Numbered from the stretch's first letter, positions 18,222 through 30,188 are shown. The stretch: 64,000 nucleotides of DNA from Smithella sp. (GCA_035350895.1 DAOPVC010000004.1:1223-65222), one strand, 5' to 3'. The notes: generated by a model not told the origin, from the letters alone. Program-made: numbers and translations.

Positions 18222-18917
18222 ATGGACACAGGAATCGCCTTCACGATCGCTACAATAAAACAGAGAATCGCCGCGGCCGCCGCAAGGAGCCACCGTCCGC
18301 CGGATTCCGTAAAACTTCTGGCGGTAACCAAAACCGTTCCCCTGATGCTCATTGAAGAGGCGATCAACGCCGGCGTTACGGCGATCGGCGAAAATTATGT
18401 TCAGGAGGCGAAAGAAAAAATAACCGCCCTCGGCCGTAAAACAGAATGGCACATGATCGGGCATCTTCAGACCAACAAGGCCAAATATGCCGTGAAGCTC
18501 TTTGATTACATTCATTCGGTTGATCGTCTGGACCTGGCCGTGGAAATCGATAAACGGGCGGGGCTTGCCGGAAGAAAAATCAATATTCTCATTGAAGTGA
18601 ATGTCAGCGGAGAAAAATCGAAAAACGGCATTGAAGAAACAAAGGCCATCGGCCTGCTGAAAGCCATTTCCGGATTGGAAAACATTGCGGTCAAAGGACT
18701 AATGACAATGGCGCCTTATTCGTCCGATCCCGAAAACTCCCGTCCCTGTTTTTCCGGACTCAGAAACCTTCAGCAGAAAATCATCAGGGAAGGCATTGCG
18801 GGCATCCGGATGGATGAACTGTCCATGGGCATGACCGATGATTTTGAAATAGCCATTGAAGAAGGAGCAACCATCGTGAGAATCGGCCGGGCGATTTTCG
18901 GAGAAAGAAACAAATAA
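18222..18917 (+). CDS. yggS: YggS-family pyridoxal-phosphate homeostasis protein
   Basis: 231 aa with LLAVTKTV (PLP lysine), HMIGHLQTNK and ELSMGMTDDFE motifs. Confidence 0.9.
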   Translation: MDTGIAFTIATIKQRIAAAAARSHRPPDSVKLLAVTKTVPLMLIEEAINAGVTAIGENYVQEAKEKITALGRKTEWHMIGHLQTNKAKYAVKLFDYIHSVDRLDLAVEIDKRAGLAGRKINILIEVNVSGEKSKNGIEETKAIGLLKAISGLENIAVKGLMTMAPYSSDPENSRPCFSGLRNLQQKIIREGIAGIRMDELSMGMTDDFEIAIEEGATIVRIGRAIFGERNK

Positions 18918-18973
18918 GTCATAACCGTCCGCGAAAACCGGCACTGTTTTTATCGCAAGAAACCGATCAATGA

Positions 18974-20146
18974 TTAATTGATCGTCTGTCTGTTGCTGTC
19001 TATAAAATTTTTAGCGGTTTTCTTGTAAACTTTCAGGCAGGCATCCACAACGGTGGGGTCATACGTAATCCCCTTATGCTTGATAATCTCCTCAATCGCC
19101 GCGTCAACGCCCAGCGCCGGACGGTAAGGCCGGTAGGAAGCCATGGCGTCAATAACGTCAGCGACGCCTATAATCCGCGCTTCCAGAGCAATTTGTTCTC
19201 CTTTTAAGCCTCGCGGATAGCCGGACCCGTCAATTCGTTCATGGTGTTGATAGATAACTTCCGCCACCGGATAAGGAAATTCTATGTTGACCAGAACATC
19301 GTTGGCCACTTTGCAATGCGTCTTGATGATTTCTCTTTCCAGATTGCTCAGGGCGCTGGGTTTGGTCAGTATTTCCGACGGCACCGATATTTTTCCAATA
19401 TCATGAAGCGTGGCGGCAATGTGAATGAAAGCAACCTGTTCCTCGGGCAATTTCATTTCCCGTGCGATCTTGCAGGCGATCTTGGCGACCTGATCTTCAT
19501 GTCCGGATGTATAGGGATCACGTGTTTCGATAATTTTGGACAGTGTTTTGACAATCCCATCCAGAATAATCTGTGATTTTCTGTAACTATCCTTAAGTTT
19601 TTCAGTCTGGATTAAAAGGTCTTTTGTTTTCTCCATAGCCTTTCTTTCCAGCTTTTTATTCAATTGAGTCAATTCCTTGTTTTTATCTTGGACCAATTCC
19701 ACAAGGCGCTTGTTTTCCGCCAGTATTTCTACTTTGGACAGGGACTGTTTGATGTGCAGCAGGATTTCTTCTTCATGCCAGGGCTTCGTAAAATATAGAT
19801 GAACCCCTCCCTTATTGATGGCTTCGATAATGGCATCGGAATCTGCGTAGCCCGTAAGCAGGATCCGGACGGCATCGGGGAAAATTTCTTTGGCCTGAGC
19901 GAAGAATTGAACGCCGCTCATCTCGGGCATTCTTTGATCGGAAATAATCAGGGAGTAGGGTTTTGGCGCCGACCGCAGTTTATTGAGCCCCTCCGAACCG
20001 CTGTTCGCAACGTGAACCTCATAATCTTCGTCGGCTAAGATACGCTTAAAAGCGTTCAGAATGGAATATTCATCATCGACGATGAGTATACAATGTTGAT
20101 ATTTTGAATCGTTAGACAGTTTAAAATCCTCTCCTGAAGGCTGCAA
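18974..20146 (-). CDS. Response regulator with HD-GYP output domain
   Basis: It has a receiver (ILIVDDEYSI...SDQRMPEMSG), a coiled linker and HD-GYP motifs (HDIGK, HHERIDGSGYP). The ORF-track start is a TTG, so the true start is uncertain. Confidence 0.85.
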   Translation of the reverse strand: MQPSGEDFKLSNDSKYQHCILIVDDEYSILNAFKRILADEDYEVHVANSGSEGLNKLRSAPKPYSLIISDQRMPEMSGVQFFAQAKEIFPDAVRILLTGYADSDAIIEAINKGGVHLYFTKPWHEEEILLHIKQSLSKVEILAENKRLVELVQDKNKELTQLNKKLERKAMEKTKDLLIQTEKLKDSYRKSQIILDGIVKTLSKIIETRDPYTSGHEDQVAKIACKIAREMKLPEEQVAFIHIAATLHDIGKISVPSEILTKPSALSNLEREIIKTHCKVANDVLVNIEFPYPVAEVIYQHHERIDGSGYPRGLKGEQIALEARIIGVADVIDAMASYRPYRPALGVDAAIEEIIKHKGITYDPTVVDACLKVYKKTAKNFIDSNRQTIN

Positions 20147-20289
20147 TTTACTTGCAGCTTAAAAGTAAAACGATTCCGATGCTTCTGTCAAGATATTATT
20201 TGTTTTGACAGAATAATTGTCCGGCTACCGATGGATGAACCGGAATGGATGAAGGTGGAGAAACCATGATTGTTAAAGAACTTGAGCCG

Positions 20290-23103
20290 TCAGGACGAAA
20301 TAATTTTTCTTAAAAATTGACCGGTCACGGACTGCTCATCCCGCGCCACTTTTTCCACGGTTCCCGAAGACACGATCCGTCCGCCGCCGGAGCCTCCCTC
20401 CGGCCCGAGATCAATCACGTAATCGGCGCACTTGATGATGTCCAGATTATGTTCAATAACAACCATCGTATTGCCCATGTCCACAAGGCGCATTAAAACA
20501 TCCAGCAGTTTCTGAATATCGGCAAAATGCAGACCGATGGTCGGTTCATCCAGAATATACAGGGTGTTGCTGTTTACTTTCTTGCCCAGTTCCCGCGCCA
20601 GTTTGATTCTTTGCGCTTCTCCTCCGGAAAGGGTCGTCGCCGATTGTCCCAGATGAATGTAGCCCAATCCGACATCATTGAGCAGTTGCAGGTGCGATCG
20701 GATGGAGGGGATATTGGAAAAAAATGTCAGCGCCTGATTGACCGTCATATCCAGAATATCGGCAATGTTTTTATCCTTATATTGAATGTCCAGAGTATCC
20801 TGATTGAATCGTTTGCCGTGACAGGCATCGCAGGTGACGTAAACATCAGGCAGAAAGTGCATTTCGATTTTGATCAAACCGTTGCCCTCGCAGGCTTCGC
20901 AGCGTCCGCCCTTCACGTTAAAGCTGAAACGTCCCGGTTTGTACCCGCGCATTCGTGATTCGGGAAGGTTGGTAAACAAATCACGAATGAAGGAAAAAAC
21001 ACCCGTGTACGTTGCCGGGTTAGAACGCGGTGTGCGTCCGATCGGATGCTGGTTAATCATAATGACACGTTCGATACCTCCCAGGTCCACGACTCTTTTA
21101 ATCTTGCCCATCGACCCGTTATACTGATTCAAACGACGCGCCAGCACCTTATAAAGTGTTTCAATGACCATTGTGCTCTTTCCCGAACCGGAAACCCCGG
21201 TCACCGCCGTAAAAACCCCAACCGGTATTTTAATATCGATGTTCTTAAGGTTGTTTTCGCTGGCTCCCTCCAGAACAATATGCCTTCCTGTCAGCGGACG
21301 TTTCTTCAGCGGCGGCTCTATCGTTTCTTTGCCCGACAAAAACCGGCCGGTCATGGACGTTTCACTTTCCAGAATCTCCTCCGGGGTTCCCTGGAAGACG
21401 ATTTTTCCCCCCTCCGTCCCGGCGCCCGGTCCGATATCCACAATATGATCACAGGCCATGATCATGTCGGCGTCATGTTCCACAACCAGCACCGTATTGC
21501 CCATATCACGCAGTCTTTTTAAGGTCTCGATCAGCCGCAGATTATCTTTCTGATGCAATCCGACAGTCGGCTCATCCAGAACATACAAAACGCCCATCAG
21601 TCCGGATCCGATTTGCGTGGCCAGCCGGATGCGCTGGCTCTCACCGCCGGACAAGGATGACGTGGCTCTCTCCAGATTTAAATAATCCATCCCCACATTC
21701 AACAAAAATTGCAGACGGCTTTTGATTTCCCGCACGACTCTTTCGGTAATGTTTTTTTCCTGCGGCGTGAGATTAATCCTTTCAAAAAAATCATAACAAT
21801 CACGGATGGACATCTTACAGAGCTCATAAATATTCTTGTCCTTCACCGTAACGGCAAGAATCTCTTTTTTTAAGCGCGCCCCATGACAGGTATCGCAGGC
21901 GCTCAAATCAATGTAGCGCATCAGGTCGTTGCGGATTTCCGCCGATGCGGTTTCCCGCCAGCGGCGTTCCAGTTGCCTGATCGCCCCTTCGAAAGGCCGG
22001 TGGGCAAAGTATCTCTTGTTGCCGCGATCATGATAAAACTTGATCGGTTCATCGCCCGATCCGTAAAGCAAAACCTTTCTAATCTTTTCCGGCAATTTAT
22101 TGAACGGCGTATTGACATCAAAACCATAATGCGCGCTAAGCGCATCCAGGATATTATAATAATACATGGAGTGACGTCCGGCCCACGGTGCGATGGCGCC
22201 GTCCCGCAGAGACAATCCGGCGTCGGGAACGACGAGATACTCGGTAAAGCGCATGGAAGACCCCAGACCGTTACAGGCGGGGCAGGCCCCGTAAGGATTG
22301 TTGAAAGAAAACATACGCGGAGACAACGCAGGAAGACTGATTCCGCAGTCGGGACAGGCGTATTTCTCGCTGAACAGCATTTCTTCTCCGCCGGCAATCA
22401 CGATGCGCACGAGTCCCTCCGTCCGGCTTGACGCAATCTCCAGCGAATCCCGCAACCGTTTTCGGACACCCTCTTTTAAAACCAGACGGTCAACGACGAG
22501 GTCAATGTCATGACGTTTATTCTTTTCCAGAACGATTTCTTCCGCCAGATCCCGGATTTCACCATCAATCCGGACACGGGCAAACCCTTCTTTCTGAAGT
22601 TTTTTCAGCTCCTTTTGAAACTCGCCTTTTTTCCCCCGTACCAGCGGCGCCAAAACACTGAACGGCGTATTGTCGGGCAGAGAAAGAATACTTTCCAGAA
22701 TGCCGTCAATGGTCTGTGATTTTATTTCCCGGCCGCACCGATAACAATGACAGACACCGATCGCGGCATAAAACAGACGGAAGTAATCATAAATTTCCGT
22801 TACGGTGCCCACGGTGGAGCGGGGATTGTGGCTGGACGTGCGCTGTTCGATGGCGATGGCCGGAGACAGCCCCTCGATCGATTCGACATTCGGTTTGTCC
22901 ATCTGTCCGATAAACTGACGGGCATACGTGGAAAGAGATTCCACATAACGTCTCTGGCCTTCGGCATAGATGGTGTCAAACGCCAGCGAAGATTTTCCGG
23001 AACCGCTCACGCCGGTGATGATCACGAATTGATCCCGGGGAATGTCCAAGCTTATATTTTTCAAATTGTGCTGCGCCGCGCCCCGGATTTTTATTGCTTC
23101 CAT
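20290..23103 (-). CDS. uvrA: Excinuclease ABC subunit A
   Basis: 937 aa with two ABC modules (GVSGSGKSS, GVSGSGKST; LSGGE x2) and CxxC zinc modules. Confidence 0.97.
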   Translation of the reverse strand: MEAIKIRGAAQHNLKNISLDIPRDQFVIITGVSGSGKSSLAFDTIYAEGQRRYVESLSTYARQFIGQMDKPNVESIEGLSPAIAIEQRTSSHNPRSTVGTVTEIYDYFRLFYAAIGVCHCYRCGREIKSQTIDGILESILSLPDNTPFSVLAPLVRGKKGEFQKELKKLQKEGFARVRIDGEIRDLAEEIVLEKNKRHDIDLVVDRLVLKEGVRKRLRDSLEIASSRTEGLVRIVIAGGEEMLFSEKYACPDCGISLPALSPRMFSFNNPYGACPACNGLGSSMRFTEYLVVPDAGLSLRDGAIAPWAGRHSMYYYNILDALSAHYGFDVNTPFNKLPEKIRKVLLYGSGDEPIKFYHDRGNKRYFAHRPFEGAIRQLERRWRETASAEIRNDLMRYIDLSACDTCHGARLKKEILAVTVKDKNIYELCKMSIRDCYDFFERINLTPQEKNITERVVREIKSRLQFLLNVGMDYLNLERATSSLSGGESQRIRLATQIGSGLMGVLYVLDEPTVGLHQKDNLRLIETLKRLRDMGNTVLVVEHDADMIMACDHIVDIGPGAGTEGGKIVFQGTPEEILESETSMTGRFLSGKETIEPPLKKRPLTGRHIVLEGASENNLKNIDIKIPVGVFTAVTGVSGSGKSTMVIETLYKVLARRLNQYNGSMGKIKRVVDLGGIERVIMINQHPIGRTPRSNPATYTGVFSFIRDLFTNLPESRMRGYKPGRFSFNVKGGRCEACEGNGLIKIEMHFLPDVYVTCDACHGKRFNQDTLDIQYKDKNIADILDMTVNQALTFFSNIPSIRSHLQLLNDVGLGYIHLGQSATTLSGGEAQRIKLARELGKKVNSNTLYILDEPTIGLHFADIQKLLDVLMRLVDMGNTMVVIEHNLDIIKCADYVIDLGPEGGSGGGRIVSSGTVEKVARDEQSVTGQFLRKIISS

Positions 23104-23117
23104 GATGTACTTCTGTG

Positions 23118-24092
23118 CTAATATTTGATGTCAATGTGTGACTTCGAGCGAAGGGACTCCATCCATTCCCCGAATTTTATATCCATTTTTTCATCTTCAA
23201 TTTTCGCCTTGATTTCTTCCCGCACCACGGCAACCGGTTTCAATCCGCCTCCTTTTTTATCCACCACCTTGACAATATGAAACCCCTTGCCGGATTCAAT
23301 GACTTCGCTCACCTGATCCAGAGGCAGGTTGAACGCAATCTTTTCAACTTCCGGAATGATTGTTCCTTTCTCGATAAAGCCGACATCACCACCGGTTGCC
23401 GCTGCCGGTCCCTGCGAGTATTTGGCGGCCAGCCCATCAAAGGATTCTCCCTTGATAATGCGCTCACGCAACAGCGCCGCTTCCTTTTTTATTTTCATCT
23501 TTGTGTGACTGTCCGCGTTTTCAGGCAACATGAGAAAAATCTGCTTCATTCTGACACTCTCTCCGCCTTCGTATTCATCACGGTGTTTATTGTAATATTC
23601 TCCGATCTCCTCGTCCGTGACGATGATTTTATCTTTGACTTCCCGCCTTAATAAACGCATGCGAATCATTTGTGATCTTATTTCTTTTTTCACGGTTTCG
23701 ATCGAACCGCCTTCCCGGGCAAGGTTTTTTAAAAATTCCTGCATCGTCAAATTCTGTTTCGTCAACATATCCTGCAGGACACTCATAACCTCTTCTTCCC
23801 TGACCGTTGCGCTGACACCGGTTTTTTTCGCTTCCTGTTCAATCAGCATATTATCAATCAGCCGTTGAAAAAACTCTTCTTTCGCCTGGACGAGTAATTT
23901 GTCCTTGTCAGTGCCTTTGTAAGTGTTTTCGATGTTCATCCGGTAAGGTTCAAAGGCCGTGTTCAATTCATAAAGGGTTATCACCTCATCGTTGACCACA
24001 GCGATAATTTTATCCACGACTTCGGCATACGCCAACGGACACAGCAGAGCCATGCTTAACAAAATCAAAATGATTTTTTTGTAAAACCTCAC
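23118..24092 (-). CDS. SurA-like periplasmic chaperone / peptidyl-prolyl isomerase
   Basis: It has a signal peptide (..CPLAYAEV), a SurA_N-like region and a parvulin domain (GGDVGFIEKG...GFHIVKV). Confidence 0.8.
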   Translation of the reverse strand: MRFYKKIILILLSMALLCPLAYAEVVDKIIAVVNDEVITLYELNTAFEPYRMNIENTYKGTDKDKLLVQAKEEFFQRLIDNMLIEQEAKKTGVSATVREEEVMSVLQDMLTKQNLTMQEFLKNLAREGGSIETVKKEIRSQMIRMRLLRREVKDKIIVTDEEIGEYYNKHRDEYEGGESVRMKQIFLMLPENADSHTKMKIKKEAALLRERIIKGESFDGLAAKYSQGPAAATGGDVGFIEKGTIIPEVEKIAFNLPLDQVSEVIESGKGFHIVKVVDKKGGGLKPVAVVREEIKAKIEDEKMDIKFGEWMESLRSKSHIDIKY

Positions 24093-24109
24093 AACGCGTC
24101 CTCCCTGTT

Positions 24110-25123
24110 TTATTTTTTCTGATAAGGTCTTTTGATTTTCATATTGGTTTCTTTTTTAATAACGGCTTTCTTCTTCAATGCATCCAGCCATTCTGCAAAA
24201 GCGGATTCTTCTTTCTGCAAACGAATGTCGGCAACGATATCCTCTCTGACGTCCGACAGGCTTTTTTCTCTCGCCGGATGAATTTCCATAACTTTGAAAA
24301 TGTGAAATCCGTAAGAACTCTGCACAATCGGACTGATTTGGTTAACCGGTATTTCGAAAATCGTTTTATCGAGCGGTTCCGGCATCATCCACCGGGTGAT
24401 AAATCCCAGATCTCCGCCTTTGCCGGCTTCCGGACTGATGGAAACCTCCGATGCCACTTTGGCAAATTCTTCGCCGGAACGAAGCCTTTCCAGGGCTCGC
24501 TCGGCCGTCGACATATCCCGGACCACGATTTGCGATACTCTGACGCTTAAATCACTTTTAAAGGTGTGACGATGTTTTTCGAAATAATCTCTGATTTCAG
24601 CTTCGGAAATTTTAATTTTGGAATTCACATCAGCAGAAATAAGCTTCTGTAAAAGAATTTCTTTTTTAAATTTTTCCTTCCATTTATCATAGTTGATGTT
24701 TTCCTGAGCAAACAAACCGGTAAAATCTTCTCCGTAGTCCCGTCTTATTTCTTTTATCTTTTCTTCCAATTCGGCATTGCTGACCGATATATTCAATTCC
24801 GTAGCGCGCAGCTCCATGATTTTCTCGGCAATCATGCCGTCCAGAACTTCCTCTTCAAATCTTTGCATATAATCAGGCTGACTCAAGAGATCTTTAGATA
24901 CCATTTGCATTTTTTTTCCCAGAAGAGCCTGATAGTCATCAAGATAAATCTTGGAGCCGTTGACCGTTGCAACGTACGGACGGGAAAAGTTATTGATCTG
25001 ATCGCAGGCAACAATCAAACTGCAAAAAAACAAACAGGCCATGCCGCAACGGCGCAGCAAGCGCCCTCTTCCGGATTTTACGGCGATAGAAAAAAAGGCT
25101 GAACGTTGTCTCGCTGGAATCAT
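24110..25123 (-). CDS. Parvulin-type peptidyl-prolyl isomerase (PpiD/PrsA-like), probably lipoprotein
   Basis: It has a parvulin domain (GGDLGFITRW...GFHIFKV). A hydrophobic segment ends in IVAC (lipobox-like). The start could instead be the internal Met at about 25042. Confidence 0.7.
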   Translation of the reverse strand: MIPARQRSAFFSIAVKSGRGRLLRRCGMACLFFCSLIVACDQINNFSRPYVATVNGSKIYLDDYQALLGKKMQMVSKDLLSQPDYMQRFEEEVLDGMIAEKIMELRATELNISVSNAELEEKIKEIRRDYGEDFTGLFAQENINYDKWKEKFKKEILLQKLISADVNSKIKISEAEIRDYFEKHRHTFKSDLSVRVSQIVVRDMSTAERALERLRSGEEFAKVASEVSISPEAGKGGDLGFITRWMMPEPLDKTIFEIPVNQISPIVQSSYGFHIFKVMEIHPAREKSLSDVREDIVADIRLQKEESAFAEWLDALKKKAVIKKETNMKIKRPYQKK

Positions 25124-25149
25124 ATTTTTTGCTTATATCCTGCTTGCGT

Positions 25150-28100
25150 TTATTGGGCAAGCATCTTTAACAATGCATAGGCTTGGGGCAGTATTTCTTT
25201 TTCGGGAAGAGCGGGCATCGGAACATACAGCTTATAATCCGGCGTAAAACGCAATTCCTTAATTTTCTTGCGATAAAGACTGACAATCCGGACCGGATCA
25301 ACCGGAGAATTCTCCCGGAAAAAAACATACATATATTTGCCGTCATAGCCCATCTTTTTCCCCTTCAACGGTTTCAGATAGTTTCTGATGCTGATGACCT
25401 GGAGCAAGTTATGCGCAAAAGGAGGCAGCTCCCCATAACAGTCCAGAAGTTCGTTTTTGATTTGTTCGATCTCTCCGTCATGGGCAGCCAGAGATATTCT
25501 CTTGTATAAAACCAGCCTCTGGTGAACATCCCGGACATAATCCTCGGGAATAAAAGCGGAAATCCCCAATTGAATTTCCGGCATCAGGTCCTCTTCGTCA
25601 AGGCTTTCTCCCTTGATTTCCCGGATGGTTTTTTCCATTAATTCGGTGTAAAGTTCATAACCAACTGCGGAAACGTGACCGGACTGGGAAATGCCCAGCA
25701 GATTTCCTCCTCCGCGTATTTCCAGATCATTGTACGCGATGCGAAAGCCGGATCCCGGTTCGGCAAATTCCTTGATCACCTGCAGCCGTTTCATTGCTTC
25801 GCGGGAAAGCATCGCGCCCTTGGGCAATAAAAGATATGCAAAGGCTTCCTGATTGGAGCGTCCCACCCTGCCTCGAATCTGGTATAACTGCGCCAAACCG
25901 AATTTTTCAGCACGATTGATGATGATCGTGTTGGCGGAGGGAATATCAAGACCGGAACCGATAATGGTAGTGCAAACCAGCACATCGCATTCCTGACGAA
26001 TGAAACCCGTCATCGCTTTTTCAATATCCGCCGCTTTCATCTGTCCGTGCACAACGCCGACTCTCGCCTGCGGCACAAGACGCTGCACCATCCGGGCGAT
26101 GGAATAGATCGAACGCACCCGATCGTGAACAAAAAATATCTGTCCCTGACGCGCCAGTTCTTGCTCGATGGCCGCCTTGATGGCGTCCTCGTCGAATTCC
26201 AGCACGAAAGTCTTGATGGACAACCGGTCCTGGGGCGGTGTGTTGATGATGGATAAATCCCTGATGCCGACCAGCGACAGATGAAGCGTTCGAGGAATCG
26301 GTGTCGCGGACAGCGTGAGCACATCAACAAGCGTGCGCATCTTTTTCAATTTTTCCTTGTGCGCCACGCCGAATCGCTGCTCTTCATCAATGATCACCAG
26401 GCCCAGATCTTTAAATTCGACGTCCTTCTGCAAAAGGCGGTGTGTTCCCACAATAATATCCACTTTTTGATGTTTCAGTTCTTCCACGATTTGTTTTTGT
26501 TCGGCGGCCTTTTTAAAACGATTCAACACCTCCACGCGCACCGGAAAATCCCTGAAACGCCGGGAAAAAGTCCGGTAGTGCTGTTCCGCGAGAATGGTCG
26601 TGGGCACCAGAACGGCAACCTGTTTGCCGTCCATGACGGCGCGAAAAGCCGATCGGATCGCAACTTCCGTTTTCCCGAATCCGGCATCGCCGCAAATCAA
26701 CCGGTCCATCGGCTTGTAATCATCCATATCCAGATTAATATCTTCAATGGCCTTCATCTGATCCGATGTTTCTTCAAATTCAAACGTGGAGCAGAATTCC
26801 TCGTAAAGGCGGTCCGGCGGCGCAAATGATTTGCGCTCCAGAGCTTCACGCGCGGCATAAACGGCAACCAGTTCCTCGGCATATTCCCGCACCGATTTTT
26901 TAACTTTTTCCTTGACGGCTTCCCAGGACGCGCCGCCCATTCTGTCGATCCTGGGCACATAACCATCCGGCCCCAGATAGCGCTGAATTTTTTCCAGCGC
27001 GTTGACCGGAATGTAAAGCTTGTCCCCGTCCAGATATTCAATGACCAGAAAATCGTTTTCGATTTTCCGAACGGAAATTTTTTTTAAACCGCGGTAAAGG
27101 CCGATGCCGAAATCGGTGTGCACCACAAAATCGCCTTCCTTCAGATCACCGAACGACTTGATAAAATAACCCTCGCGCACCGGTCGAACCCGGCGACGGG
27201 GCGTTTTTTTGACAAAGATTTCTTCTTCGCTCAAGACAGCCAGTTTCATAGCCGGAATGACAAAACCGGTGGAAATTTCTCCCTCGCGTAACAGTAATTG
27301 CGCATGACCATCCCAGCGGCCAATCATTTCCAGAACCGAATCCGTTGTCGGTACGTTCTGCACCGGCAAATCGTACGATAGAAGCAGTTGCCTCATGCGC
27401 TGGATATCTTCCGGCATAGGGCAAAAGCAAAGGATCAGCATCCCCTGCGCAAGCCACGACTTGATTTTTTCAGTGGTCAGTCGCAGAGAAGCGTCGTCTT
27501 TGATTTCACCGGCAAACGGCTCACCCGGGCAGGCATCACGTCGGGTTTCAAAACTAATCCGGGCCTCCGTTCTCTCCGGTTCCAGTTCAAGCTCCGTTAG
27601 AAAAATTTGCGAGAATTTTTCCAAACCGGCCGTGACATCTTCCGGCTGGAAATACGTGTTTTCTTTTTCCAGATAAAATTTCCCGCTGTCTTTCGCTTTA
27701 AAAAGTAATTTATCAATCGTCAGTTCCGCATTTTGCATCGCCTGACGAACGGCCAGCGGATCATCAAGCACCACCAGCGTATCGGCGGAAAGATAATCAA
27801 GAAGACCGGATAACCTATTGCCGGAGAGACCGCCTGCGGCTCCGTATGATTCATAAAACAGCGGCAAAAATATGGGGTTGATCGAACCGGCCAGGCCATC
27901 TTTGACCGTCTCCACCAGACGATTGCGTATTTCACGGGAAAGCGAAAGTTCGTCGGCGCGACGCCGGATATTGCGCACAGCCAGTTCGAGTGTTGACGGA
28001 TCGATGATCACTTCGCCTGCCGGCGGCAAAACAAAAGCCGATGACGTTCCAATCGAGCGCTGAGAAGAAGGATTAAATATCCGGACCGATTCTATTTCGT

Positions 28101-28740
28101 CGCCCAGCATTTCCAGACGCAGTGGATTTTTCTCCGTCGGGGGGAAGATGTCAATGATATTGCCGCGGATGCTGAATTCCCCTTTCTCCTCCACCAGACT
28201 TTCCCGTTTATACCCCTGCGAAATCAGCCGTGCGCCGAATTCGTCTCTGTTGATCGTGTCGCCTGCCGAAATGATTTGCATGGCCTGGCCAAACGCGTCA
28301 ACCGGCATCACTTTCTGCATCACGGCATTCGCCGATGTGACGATAATCAGTTTATGGCTGATCTGCAGATTGGCCAGCGTTTCCAGACGCAGCAATTCCT
28401 CTTCGCGCTGGAGAGCGAACATGTCGATCGTCAGAAAATCAAGTGAGGGATAATGAAAGACGGATTCTGCACCTAAAAACAGCGACAGATCGCGGGCAAA
28501 TGCCGCCGCCTCTTTTTCTTCCGGACAAACAACCAACACGGTCCTGTTCAACCGATGAAAAACAAGAGAGATCAGAAAAGACCGGGAAGCCCCGGCAAGT
28601 CCGCCCACATGAATCTTTTCCCGATTTTTATCAATCTGCTGAAACAGATTGTTTATGGATGCAATCTCGTCCGCTTTTTTACTGGCAATAATTTTCCGCA
28701 CTGGTCGTAATGGTTTTCCTTTAAATCTGAGTAACACCAA
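25150..28740 (-). CDS. mfd: Transcription-repair coupling factor
   Basis: 1196 aa with a UvrB-homology N-terminus, a CarD-like RNAP-interaction domain, superfamily-2 helicase motifs ([18 protein letters not shown]) and a TRCF C-terminal domain. Confidence 0.95.
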   Translation of the reverse strand: MVLLRFKGKPLRPVRKIIASKKADEIASINNLFQQIDKNREKIHVGGLAGASRSFLISLVFHRLNRTVLVVCPEEKEAAAFARDLSLFLGAESVFHYPSLDFLTIDMFALQREEELLRLETLANLQISHKLIIVTSANAVMQKVMPVDAFGQAMQIISAGDTINRDEFGARLISQGYKRESLVEEKGEFSIRGNIIDIFPPTEKNPLRLEMLGDEIESVRIFNPSSQRSIGTSSAFVLPPAGEVIIDPSTLELAVRNIRRRADELSLSREIRNRLVETVKDGLAGSINPIFLPLFYESYGAAGGLSGNRLSGLLDYLSADTLVVLDDPLAVRQAMQNAELTIDKLLFKAKDSGKFYLEKENTYFQPEDVTAGLEKFSQIFLTELELEPERTEARISFETRRDACPGEPFAGEIKDDASLRLTTEKIKSWLAQGMLILCFCPMPEDIQRMRQLLLSYDLPVQNVPTTDSVLEMIGRWDGHAQLLLREGEISTGFVIPAMKLAVLSEEEIFVKKTPRRRVRPVREGYFIKSFGDLKEGDFVVHTDFGIGLYRGLKKISVRKIENDFLVIEYLDGDKLYIPVNALEKIQRYLGPDGYVPRIDRMGGASWEAVKEKVKKSVREYAEELVAVYAAREALERKSFAPPDRLYEEFCSTFEFEETSDQMKAIEDINLDMDDYKPMDRLICGDAGFGKTEVAIRSAFRAVMDGKQVAVLVPTTILAEQHYRTFSRRFRDFPVRVEVLNRFKKAAEQKQIVEELKHQKVDIIVGTHRLLQKDVEFKDLGLVIIDEEQRFGVAHKEKLKKMRTLVDVLTLSATPIPRTLHLSLVGIRDLSIINTPPQDRLSIKTFVLEFDEDAIKAAIEQELARQGQIFFVHDRVRSIYSIARMVQRLVPQARVGVVHGQMKAADIEKAMTGFIRQECDVLVCTTIIGSGLDIPSANTIIINRAEKFGLAQLYQIRGRVGRSNQEAFAYLLLPKGAMLSREAMKRLQVIKEFAEPGSGFRIAYNDLEIRGGGNLLGISQSGHVSAVGYELYTELMEKTIREIKGESLDEEDLMPEIQLGISAFIPEDYVRDVHQRLVLYKRISLAAHDGEIEQIKNELLDCYGELPPFAHNLLQVISIRNYLKPLKGKKMGYDGKYMYVFFRENSPVDPVRIVSLYRKKIKELRFTPDYKLYVPMPALPEKEILPQAYALLKMLAQ

Positions 28741-28936
28741 AACCCATTCTGAACAAGAATCTCTCCTTGATCCAGAATGGGTAAGTTGGAGTGCTTTGTA
28801 GTCTTCTTTCCGGGATAATTCAATTGAAAACTTCTTGCCCGGAAAAACATCACGAATTACAAGGGTTTTCCATTATCTGTTGACAACCGCGGCGTCTTTG
28901 ATAAACTGCCTTCAATCAATTAAATGGAGATTTAAA

Positions 28937-30163
28937 ATGATTTCTGTAGAAAAAGCTCTCAAGACGATTCTCGTGAATTTCCGGCCGCTGGGTCTGGAAA
29001 AAATCAATATTCTGGACGTTTGCGGCAGAGTCATCGGTGAAGATATTTTCGCGTCACGCAATATTCCATCCGCCGCTAATTCCGCCATGGACGGCTATGC
29101 CGTGTCCTTTGCTGATGTTAAAAACGCGCCGCGCGCATTGAAAATCATCGAAGACATCCCGGCCGGAAAAATCGCCCGGAAGAAAATCAATAAAGGAGAG
29201 GCCGCCCGCATCATGACCGGCGCGGTAATTCCTCAGGGAGCAGATACCGTCATCCGTCAGGAAGATGCCCAAAAAGACGGCAAAACCGTCATGATTCTTA
29301 TCCGTGCGCAGAAAGGAGATCATATCCGTTACGCCGGCGAAGATGTGCGCAAAGGAGAACGGGTTATCAAAAAGGGGGATGTCCTGCGTCCGGCGCATAT
29401 CGGAATGCTGGCGGCTCTGGGCAAGGCCTCTGTCCGCGTTTATCAAAAACCGCGCGTGGCGATCATGTCAACCGGCGATGAGCTGGTTGATATCAAGACC
29501 ATCCCCGGCCCGGGAAAAATAGTCAACAGCAACAGTTATTCACTGGCAGCTCAGGTACTGGAAAGCGGCGCGACACCGATCATGCTGGCAATTGCCAGGG
29601 ATAAAAAATCCGACTTGCAGAAAAAATTCAAAACCGCCCTGAACGCCGATGTGATCATTTCCTCCGGCGGCGTTTCCGTCGGCGATTTCGATTTCGTAAA
29701 AAACGTCATGGGAGAAATCGGCAACGCCATGCGTTTCTGGCAGGTCGCCATGCGCCCGGGTAAACCGCTGGCTTTCGGCGCCATTGAAGGTGTTCCTTTA
29801 TTCGGCCTGCCGGGGAATCCTGTCTCCACGATGGTTTCCTTTGAGCAGTTTGTGCGCCCATCTCTTTTGAAAATGCTGGGTCATAAAAAAATCTTCCGCC
29901 AGACGATAAGCGCAACCTGTACGGACGGATTCGAAAAGAAAGCCGGATTCCGGCATTTCATCCGCGCCGTCGTCAGACGAGAAAACGGCCAATATGTCGC
30001 CACAACAACCGGTGATCAGGGTTCCGGAATTTTAAAATCGATGGTCGCCGCCAACGGCCTCATTGTCATGGGAGAAAACGAAACCCATATCGAAAAAGGA
30101 TCGACGGTGACGGTTCAGTTGCTGGACGACTCTTTGTCCTGGTCGGAGTCTCTTCAACTATAA
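28937..30163 (+). CDS. moeA: Molybdopterin molybdenumtransferase
   Basis: It has the MoeA N/linker, MoCF-biosynthesis and C-terminal domains (SAMDGYA, MSTGDEL, GLPGNPVS). The start is placed at ATG 28937 (GGAGA RBS) rather than 28835. Confidence 0.9.
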   Translation: MISVEKALKTILVNFRPLGLEKINILDVCGRVIGEDIFASRNIPSAANSAMDGYAVSFADVKNAPRALKIIEDIPAGKIARKKINKGEAARIMTGAVIPQGADTVIRQEDAQKDGKTVMILIRAQKGDHIRYAGEDVRKGERVIKKGDVLRPAHIGMLAALGKASVRVYQKPRVAIMSTGDELVDIKTIPGPGKIVNSNSYSLAAQVLESGATPIMLAIARDKKSDLQKKFKTALNADVIISSGGVSVGDFDFVKNVMGEIGNAMRFWQVAMRPGKPLAFGAIEGVPLFGLPGNPVSTMVSFEQFVRPSLLKMLGHKKIFRQTISATCTDGFEKKAGFRHFIRAVVRRENGQYVATTTGDQGSGILKSMVAANGLIVMGENETHIEKGSTVTVQLLDDSLSWSESLQL

Positions 30164-30188
30164 AATCCATATTATATCTTATTGCTTG

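Noticed and set aside
18964-18984. 8-bp inverted repeat CGATCAAT-GATTA-ATTGATCG between yggS and the HD-GYP gene as a bidirectional terminator
   Set aside because: It has no flanking T/A tracts and the loop contains the regulator's stop codon. It is too weak to call.
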